Positions 57,121 to 64,000 of a stretch of DNA of 64,000 bases are shown here, one piece after another. Positions within the stretch are counted from its first letter, which is position 1. Each line of letters begins with the position of its first letter. The notes under the pieces are model-generated. The model was not told the origin of the DNA. It worked only from the letters and a program-made list of their open reading frames with translations, and searched no databases. Source of the stretch: Candidatus Shapirobacteria bacterium. Lineage in GTDB: Bacteria > Patescibacteriota > Microgenomatia > UBA12405. Location: positions 175,336 through 239,335 of the forward strand of contig JACPHO010000001.1 in the NCBI GenBank assembly GCA_016188545.1, written 5' to 3'. The position numbers and the translations under genes were made by a program.

Positions 57121-58699
57121 TTCAGTAGTTCTTATCTTACTAACACTGTTTACCCGTTTTTTTGGACTTAATTGGGGAGGTGGTTTTTTTTTCAATCCTG
57201 ACGAAAACAATATGGTTCAGGCTATCATGAGAATGTCCCCGGGAAATTTAAATCCGCATTTTTTTGCTTATGGTCAATTCCCACTATATTTATCTTATTT
57301 CACTCGAAATTTGCTGGGTTTTGATCATAGTTATGAGGCAACAACTTATGTACTACGTTTTTGGTCAGCTATGTTTTCTTCAATTTCAGTTCTCTTTTTT
57401 TACATAATTGTCAAGAAAATATTCAACTCAAAGGTTGCTCTGTACGCCACGTTGCTCTATATTTTTACTCCTGGACTAATTCAACTTTCACATTTTGGTA
57501 CCACCGAAAGTTTATTGATTTTAGTTTTTTTAGCCAATATTTACCTCAGCTTACATCTAGTTGAAAGACCGCTGGATTTCAAAACATATTTGCTTTCATC
57601 AGTCACAATTGGTATTGGAATGGCCAGCAAACTAAGTTCTCTTATTTTTACTTTCCCTGTACTACTTGTCTCGTTGTTTAATTTATTAAAACAACCTCAA
57701 AAGCTTCGTATTTTATTTTTAGTTTTTTACTTTTTACTTTTTACTTTAATATTTTTTATCATCTTTTCTCCATATAACCTGGTCGAAAACAAAGATTTTC
57801 TCTCTGCCCTTCGTTATGAAACTGAAGTTGCCACCGGAAAAATGCATGTTTTTTATACCAATCAATTTACAAACACTCTTCCCTACATCTTTCAGTTAAC
57901 CCATATTTTCCCCCACGTTTTAGGTTTGCCAATCTTCATATTTTCAGTTATCGGGATGTTAAACATTATTCATAAACCTGCCTGCCGGCAGGCAGGTCAT
58001 AATTTCATAAATCATAAATCAAAAGTATTTTTTATTATCGTTCTCTCTTCTTGTCTAATTTATTTTCTCTACTTTGGACAATTGTATGTCAAGTGGACCA
58101 GGTTTATGTCACCAATATTCTTTATATTTCCCTTCCTTGCTTCAATCTGTATTGCCAAAATTGACTCTAAACTTATCAGGACACTTATAATTTTTGCCTC
58201 TATCGTACCCGCACTTTATTTCTTAAGACTCTATACCAACCCAGATATCAGAGTAACAGCATCTGAATGGATGAATGCAAACATTCCCATCAATAGTAAG
58301 GTATTTTCTGAAGGTGGAAATGTAATAGATATACCACTGGATGGCGGAAAACTTGATATCACCAATTTCGACTTTTACTCACTTGAAAACAACCCCCAAT
58401 CTAAAAAGGAACTTATTAACAAAATTTCTGAAGCTGAGTATATTCTCATACCGAGTCGAAGGGTATTTATGAATCAAGTCGGACCATCTTTCTCATCCTC
58501 GCATTCTTATTACCAAGCGCTTTTCAACGGTTCGCTCGGATTTGAACAGCTTCAATCTTTTCAGCTAAAAACAGACTTATTTCTTAACCAAGAAATGGCC
58601 GAAGAGACCTGGACTGTGTTTGACCGTCCCACTATCAGAGTTTATAAAAAGGTTAATAATTTATCATTAGAAGATTATGAAAAATTACTTAACCACTAA
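57110..58699 (+). CDS. GT-C (GT39-like) membrane glycosyltransferase
   Basis: NWG....NPDE, P.FFAYG, AEETWTVFDRP. Confidence 0.82.
   Translation: MSFSSVVLILLTLFTRFFGLNWGGGFFFNPDENNMVQAIMRMSPGNLNPHFFAYGQFPLYLSYFTRNLLGFDHSYEATTYVLRFWSAMFSSISVLFFYIIVKKIFNSKVALYATLLYIFTPGLIQLSHFGTTESLLILVFLANIYLSLHLVERPLDFKTYLLSSVTIGIGMASKLSSLIFTFPVLLVSLFNLLKQPQKLRILFLVFYFLLFTLIFFIIFSPYNLVENKDFLSALRYETEVATGKMHVFYTNQFTNTLPYIFQLTHIFPHVLGLPIFIFSVIGMLNIIHKPACRQAGHNFINHKSKVFFIIVLSSCLIYFLYFGQLYVKWTRFMSPIFFIFPFLASICIAKIDSKLIRTLIIFASIVPALYFLRLYTNPDIRVTASEWMNANIPINSKVFSEGGNVIDIPLDGGKLDITNFDFYSLENNPQSKKELINKISEAEYILIPSRRVFMNQVGPSFSSSHSYYQALFNGSLGFEQLQSFQLKTDLFLNQEMAEETWTVFDRPTIRVYKKVNNLSLEDYEKLLNH
57977..57996. repeat. 20-bp perfect palindrome CCTGCCTGCCGGCAGGCAGG (copy 2), read in frame as PACRQAG
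   Basis: Identical to 2997-3016; embedded in a TCATAAA heptamer array. Confidence 0.95.
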
Positions 58700-60371
58700 G
58701 ATACTTTTGGTACTTTTATTTTTATTCGCCCTAAGTCTTAGACTGTATGGCTTAAATTGGGATCAAGGAACTCATCTCCACCCTGATGAAAGGTTCTTGA
58801 CAATGGTTACCAATGACATACGTCTCCCAACGTCGCTACCTCAATACTTTGACAATTCCCAATCACCCCTAAATCCCTATAACTATCCTCAATATCAATT
58901 TTTTGTCTATGGCACCCTTCCTGTATTTTTAACTAAAGCAATTACAGTTTTAATTGGTTTTGACAACTACGACAAGGTCCACTTGGTAGGAAGGTCACTA
59001 TCTGCGTTTTTTGATTCATCAAATATATTTTTGTTATATCTAATTTCGCTTAAGATATTCAAGCAAAAGTCCAAACTGATTTTATTACCAAGCCTACTTT
59101 ATGCTTTTTGTATCCTACCAATCCAACTATCACATTTTTATGCTGTCGACACCTTTTTAACTACGTTTTTACTATCCACTTTTACATTTATCACCTACTC
59201 TAGGTTTCGGTTGGCAGGGGTGGCTTTTGGACTTGCCCTCGCCTGTAAAATTTCCGCAATATATTTTTCCCCAATTATTGGACTATTCTTTATAATCTTT
59301 TTAATAAAATCAAAAAATATTTTTAGGTTTTTACTTTGTACTTTTTACTTTGTACTTTTTACTTTTATATTTTTTAGGATCTTCCAACCATACATTTTCG
59401 ATGGAATTTTCAAAATCAACCTCCATTTTATCGACAATATAAAGCAACTTCAGTCAATGACTCGGCCAGATGGAAATTTCCCCCCGTCTATTCAGTGGTT
59501 TAGCAAAATACCTCTCCTGTTTTCTCTACAAAACATTATCCTCTGGGGTGTGGGAATTCCCCTAACCCTGATCACTATTCTTGGTATTTTTAAATTGAAC
59601 CTAAAAAAAACTAATTATCTAATTCTCATCTCTATTCTCTGGACTCTAATACTCTACTTCTACCAAGGGTCACAGTTTGCCCACACTATGCGCTACCTGC
59701 TTATTATTTATCCCTTTGTCTGTTTGGTGGCCAGCTATCTTGGTGGTTTATTAAATTCTGTTAAGTTATTAAATTTTCTAGTTATATGTCACCTTATTTT
59801 GGGGTTTCTCTTTTTATCAATCTATACCAGGCCTCATTCCCGTGTTCAAGCCTCAGCTTGGATCTATGATCACCTCCCTCCTGGTTCCAAAATAACCAAC
59901 GAATATTGGGATGATCCATTGCCTTTGTACCTACAGGGAAATGACCCAAATATTTACAATGACACTATGTTGCCTCTCTACGATCCTGACTCACCAGAAA
60001 AGTGGGATAAACTCAATCAGGTTATCGACGCAACCGACTATATAATCATGTCCAGTAATCGGTTGTGGGGGTCAATTCCCCTTGTTCCAGACAAATTCCC
60101 CCAAACCTCCAAGTTTTACCAAGAACTTTTTTCACAAAATTTAGGTTTTACTAAACTAGTTGAAATCAATTCTTATCCGGGGGTTCGACTCCCAATTAAT
60201 AGCTGTTACTATTTTGGCCCCAGCAACTTCCCGGGTGTAAAAAATAGCTGGTTTTCCATCGACACTCAGTGTCTCTACCCAGGAATTTACATTCGTGATG
60301 ATATTGCCGAAGAAGCCTTTTCCGTCTATGACCATCCCAAAGTCCTAATCTTTTCTCGCACAGATCATTAA
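58677..60371 (+). CDS. GT-C (GT39-like) membrane glycosyltransferase, paralog of the preceding gene
   Basis: NWDQG.HLHPDERF, FFVYG.LP, EEAFSVYDHPKV. Confidence 0.82.
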   Translation: MKNYLTTKILLVLLFLFALSLRLYGLNWDQGTHLHPDERFLTMVTNDIRLPTSLPQYFDNSQSPLNPYNYPQYQFFVYGTLPVFLTKAITVLIGFDNYDKVHLVGRSLSAFFDSSNIFLLYLISLKIFKQKSKLILLPSLLYAFCILPIQLSHFYAVDTFLTTFLLSTFTFITYSRFRLAGVAFGLALACKISAIYFSPIIGLFFIIFLIKSKNIFRFLLCTFYFVLFTFIFFRIFQPYIFDGIFKINLHFIDNIKQLQSMTRPDGNFPPSIQWFSKIPLLFSLQNIILWGVGIPLTLITILGIFKLNLKKTNYLILISILWTLILYFYQGSQFAHTMRYLLIIYPFVCLVASYLGGLLNSVKLLNFLVICHLILGFLFLSIYTRPHSRVQASAWIYDHLPPGSKITNEYWDDPLPLYLQGNDPNIYNDTMLPLYDPDSPEKWDKLNQVIDATDYIIMSSNRLWGSIPLVPDKFPQTSKFYQELFSQNLGFTKLVEINSYPGVRLPINSCYYFGPSNFPGVKNSWFSIDTQCLYPGIYIRDDIAEEAFSVYDHPKVLIFSRTDH

Positions 60372-60900
60372 TCTGTATGCAAAGTTTCGAAGTAGAGGTA
60401 GATTCCCTAGCAAATTATTGAGCTTAATCAGATATCTATTCTCAAAACATAGTATTCCCGGAATCAGACCAAACCCAGCAATCTTGATATTTGTAAATCC
60501 AGCTGCCTTTAAGTGTTTCCTTACGTTTATCCTTGTTATTTCTCTAATGCCTTTTTCTTCATACCAATCTAATTTTAGCCATACCAAAAAATACCAAAAT
60601 ATATTCCAGCCGTTGGGTTCGGAAAAAGCTATTGGATATCTCCAGCTTCTTTAAATCAAGGTTATTGGCAAGAGTTTTTAGTTTATCCAAAGACTTTTGA
60701 CTAACATCAACGGCAGTTACTGCGAATCCACTTTTTAACAAGGGGATCGTCAACCTTCCGGTCCCCGCCCCAAAGTCTGAAACTTTCAAAATATTTTTAC
60801 CTAGCTTTTCAATGAGTGTTTCTATCTCCAGCTGAGTATATCTTGGAGGTCTGAGTATCTGGTTTTGTGAATACTGTTTATCGTCTGAGTCAAAGTACAT
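60345..60900 (-). pseudogene. Class I SAM methyltransferase, frameshifted with probable internal deletion
   Basis: DFGAGTGRL in frame 1; FSEPN...GF C-terminal part resumes in another frame near 60625; the central segment is absent. Confidence 0.7.
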
Positions 60901-61558
60901 AGATTGAATTGTATCTTGTTTGCTGTTTAAACTTGTAGCCTTGATTTGTTAACAATTCTTTCACGTCTGGGTTTTCGACACAAATAACCTTTGGCTTAAA
61001 TGTCCAATTCCATCTGTTTAAAATTTTCTCATCCCAACCTTCGACATCCAACGATAACAAATCAATACTTCTGTCAATGTTTTGTTTTAGAAACAACTCG
61101 ATATCAACAATTTCAATATTTTTTGTCTCCGAATATACAAACCCATTTTTTCTATTAATTTCTGTTTGTTTTTTGGAAAATGTATTTAGAGCAGGAATGT
61201 CATACATATAATATTTTATTTGACCGTTTTTTGTTCCAACTCCAATATTCACAAACCTATCTCTCGATCGAATTTTTTCAAATAAACTTTTAATATTCGG
61301 GTTTGGCTCAACTACTATTCCTTTCCACCCTTTTTTATAAAATCGATAAGTATTGCTAATTCTCGTCGGGTGATACGCCCCGATTTCTACATAATACCCT
61401 ATCTTTTTTCCCATATTTTTTTCAATTTCCAAATCTTCATAATCCTGAGCATAAGATCCATTTATATATTCTCTGACAATTTTCCTGTGAAGCTCATTGA
61501 TTCCCGCCTTTATAAAATTAATTATTCCTACTTGTTTAATAATTGAAAACATTTTCAT
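60890..61558 (-). CDS. FkbM family methyltransferase
   Basis: SYAQ..ED, YVEIGA.HP...SNT, W.GI.VEP, IDLLSLDVEG. Confidence 0.9.
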   Translation of the reverse strand: MKMFSIIKQVGIINFIKAGINELHRKIVREYINGSYAQDYEDLEIEKNMGKKIGYYVEIGAYHPTRISNTYRFYKKGWKGIVVEPNPNIKSLFEKIRSRDRFVNIGVGTKNGQIKYYMYDIPALNTFSKKQTEINRKNGFVYSETKNIEIVDIELFLKQNIDRSIDLLSLDVEGWDEKILNRWNWTFKPKVICVENPDVKELLTNQGYKFKQQTRYNSIYVL

Positions 61559-61559
61559 T

Positions 61560-62444
61560 TTAAATACTTTTTATTTTACTAATTAAAGAAATCGCACTTT
61601 CATCAATTTTAGAAACAGCAAACCATTTTTTACCCAAATCTTTTAAAGATGCTCCAAAGTGAAATATCTTCTGTTTATCAATTATCAAAAATCTATCATG
61701 TGACAGTTTAAACTCCTTGATTTCGATAGGTTCATATTGTAAGTTGTACTTTTGAATATCATTTGATATTTGCGAAGTAATATTATTACAATAAATCCTT
61801 GCTTTGACATTCTTACGTCTCTTAATAAACAACGTCAGAACGGTATCATCAATGTAATTATCTATTAGAATAATTTCCTTTTTTGCACTTCTGATAATAT
61901 CGGAAACAAGTATGTGGGCGTCAAACACTTGACCATCATAAAATATTTTTTGTTTTGGGATGGAATCACTTGCAGTTAGGGCGTTAAAAACTTGATCAAA
62001 TCTTTTGTCAGTTGAAATGGCAAACTGTATTTGTTCTTTTTCGACATCATTCACTTTTTGATAAAGCAAAGCGTAATTGTTTATATGTTTGCGCATGTTT
62101 ACAAACGCATTCATAATTTGAATACTCACCTTAATTGCCGTTTCACTTTTAAGAACAGCAGACAGCATTGCCACACCTTGTTCAGTAAATGCGTTGGGAA
62201 AATACCTTCGCCCACCCCTGTTTGAGGTCACAATTTGTGACCTCAAATCAAGATATTCTGATTTCGTCAATCTAAAGCAAAATTCTTTGGGAAAACGGGA
62301 CACATTTCTCTTTAATGACTGATTCAACACCTTGGTCTCAACCTTATATAGAATAGCCAAATCTTCATCTAAGATTACTTGAACATTCCTTACCGTCCAA
62401 ATTTTATCAAACAAATAAGTATTCTGATTCAGATTATTTTGCAT
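61560..62444 (-). CDS. ORF6N (KilA-N-like) domain protein with PLD-like C-terminal domain
   Basis: VILD.DLA.LY.VET..LN, AFTEQGVAMLS, IDNY, HDRFLIID, GASLKDLG. Confidence 0.88.
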   Translation of the reverse strand: MQNNLNQNTYLFDKIWTVRNVQVILDEDLAILYKVETKVLNQSLKRNVSRFPKEFCFRLTKSEYLDLRSQIVTSNRGGRRYFPNAFTEQGVAMLSAVLKSETAIKVSIQIMNAFVNMRKHINNYALLYQKVNDVEKEQIQFAISTDKRFDQVFNALTASDSIPKQKIFYDGQVFDAHILVSDIIRSAKKEIILIDNYIDDTVLTLFIKRRKNVKARIYCNNITSQISNDIQKYNLQYEPIEIKEFKLSHDRFLIIDKQKIFHFGASLKDLGKKWFAVSKIDESAISLISKIKSI

Positions 62445-63501
62445 CAAATATTTTTTCATACTCATTCACAGTTTTTTTATAATCAAATTTATCTAAATTT
62501 TTAGCAATTTTTTGATAATACTTTTTTCCATTTTTTAATACAATGTTTATTTTTTCTGCCAGGTCAACACTGTCGGCTACTTTTGCTATTTCACCCATAC
62601 CGGTCATTTTTACCGGGACTCTGACCCCCGGGAGATCGGAGGCAACCACGGGACATCCGCAACGCATTGCCTCTGCTTGAACAATCCCAAATGTCTCCAG
62701 ATTGTTGGTACTTGGCAGTACCAAACAATCAAATAATTCATAATATTTATTTAATTTATCGTGTTCAACAGGTCCTATCAATTCCACATTTGTCAACTTT
62801 TTATATGTCTCATCTCCGGCTACACTTTTATATGGCCCAACCAACATTAATTTGGCATCAATTTGTTTCATTGCCTCTGCCAAATAGTTTAGCCCCTTTT
62901 CCCAGGCTATTCTTCCTACAAACCCAACAATTTTGTTTTTACTTTTTACTTTTGAATTTTGATTTTTTATCCCATCTATCTTAATCGGTGGCAATATAAA
63001 AACTGTTTTTTTTAAAAAATGTTTTACAAAAATAGAAGTTTGACCATAATCCATTGTGTATGACACAACTTCGTCTGCCAATATATAAACCACCAAATGA
63101 ATCGGGTAGGTGACTAGTGAGATAAACTTATTGCTTACTGTGCCAGTAAAATTAAACTCACAATGATGTGTCACCACTATTTTTTTATTAAATAACTTTC
63201 CCCACAAGGCTAACCAAAAAGATTCCAACGAAGGTAAATGACAATTTATAATGTCATATCTTTGAACTAATTTAAAACTCTCCCAAAAATATAAAGGCAT
63301 AATATAACCTTTACCAAAACAGAACCCATCGACGCCGAAGATGTTTATCTTATTCCAAATCCGATTTTTTCCACTGCATATAACCCCTACTTCATAATTT
63401 CTTTTTACAAGTTCTTCCGATAGAATTACAGCATATTGGGTGACTCCCGAGATATTAGGCAAATAGTAAGTTAATCCCAAAAGTATTTTTTTATTAGCCA
63501 T
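62434..63501 (-). CDS. GT4 family glycosyltransferase
   Basis: FVGRI..EKG, ETFGIV..EAM..G.PVVAS; start probably ATG 63501. Confidence 0.9.
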   Translation of the reverse strand: MANKKILLGLTYYLPNISGVTQYAVILSEELVKRNYEVGVICSGKNRIWNKINIFGVDGFCFGKGYIMPLYFWESFKLVQRYDIINCHLPSLESFWLALWGKLFNKKIVVTHHCEFNFTGTVSNKFISLVTYPIHLVVYILADEVVSYTMDYGQTSIFVKHFLKKTVFILPPIKIDGIKNQNSKVKSKNKIVGFVGRIAWEKGLNYLAEAMKQIDAKLMLVGPYKSVAGDETYKKLTNVELIGPVEHDKLNKYYELFDCLVLPSTNNLETFGIVQAEAMRCGCPVVASDLPGVRVPVKMTGMGEIAKVADSVDLAEKINIVLKNGKKYYQKIAKNLDKFDYKKTVNEYEKIFDAK

Positions 63502-63514
63502 AACTGACTTTATC

Positions 63515-64000
63515 ATGAATCTTAAAAAGCTTCTTTTTTGGCAACCAAGGTTCGACCTGTTGCGTTTTTTGAACCGTAGCCAAATTGGCAAAATTTTCAT
63601 CGTAATTTTTAACTACGCAATATGGTTTTTTCTCTTTTTTGTTTCATACCTATTAATAAAAAGTGATACAAATATTTTCTGGCAATTATTGATTGCCACC
63701 ATTGTTGGAGAGGTCATCGAAAAGTATGGCAAGAGTCATGCTCTTTGGCGACGTCCACTTTACCAGCGGAACGACGCAACCCCCACCGGACTAGTAGATC
63801 GTTGGTACAAGACCGGCTCATTTCCTTCTGGCCATACCATCAAGGCGATGTCTTTTTTATTGTTTTTGATTCAATATCCTGTTTTTCCAATTTCTAGTTA
63901 CTTACTTCTTGTTATTCCATTGATTTTTCTACGAGTTCTTATTGGGTTTCATTATCCTTTTGATTTATTAGGCGGTGCCTTCTTTGGTTTACTAACTTGG
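63515..64000 (+). CDS. PAP2 family phosphatase (runs off window end)
   Basis: Manual translation from ATG 63515: K......RP, SFPSGH, RVLIGFHYPFD; not in the ORF track because it is truncated. Confidence 0.85.
   Translation, partial: MNLKKLLFWQPRFDLLRFLNRSQIGKIFIVIFNYAIWFFLFFVSYLLIKSDTNIFWQLLIATIVGEVIEKYGKSHALWRRPLYQRNDATPTGLVDRWYKTGSFPSGHTIKAMSFLLFLIQYPVFPISSYLLLVIPLIFLRVLIGFHYPFDLLGGAFFGLLTW

Overview
AT-rich, gene-dense bacterial chromosome segment. It is most consistent with Patescibacteria (CPR, Microgenomates-like), inferred from gene content, PT-rich secreted proteins, GT-C clusters and many leaderless-type promoters. It holds about 75 CDSs: housekeeping genes (greA, map, folD, tatD, metG, rpsT, murJ, SOD, 2-oxoacid:ferredoxin oxidoreductase), a DNA-damage set (dinB, rarA, SplB-like radical SAM, ATL/MGMT, AlkD), cell-surface and glycan genes, and three pseudogenes (apt, Bro-N, a methyltransferase). 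I saw no rRNA, tRNA, CRISPR array or transposase. The most striking unexplained element is a ~590-nt transcription unit with no credible ORF at 24.3-24.9 kb. It has a near-consensus promoter, a boxA-like motif, continuous stem-loops enclosing three tandem repeat modules, a 3' type III hammerhead-like ribozyme fold with a swapped 15.1/16.1 pair, and a terminator. Other notable signals are a 20-bp GC palindrome inserted in two unrelated genes, a TTCGG-N6-TTCGG candidate SOS operator at dinB and rarA, and an ORFan array flanked by duplicated promoter segments. There is also an L-threonine-transaldolase-like enzyme and heptamer micro-repeats invading genes. All calls come from reading the sequence by eye; no searches or folding programs were run.
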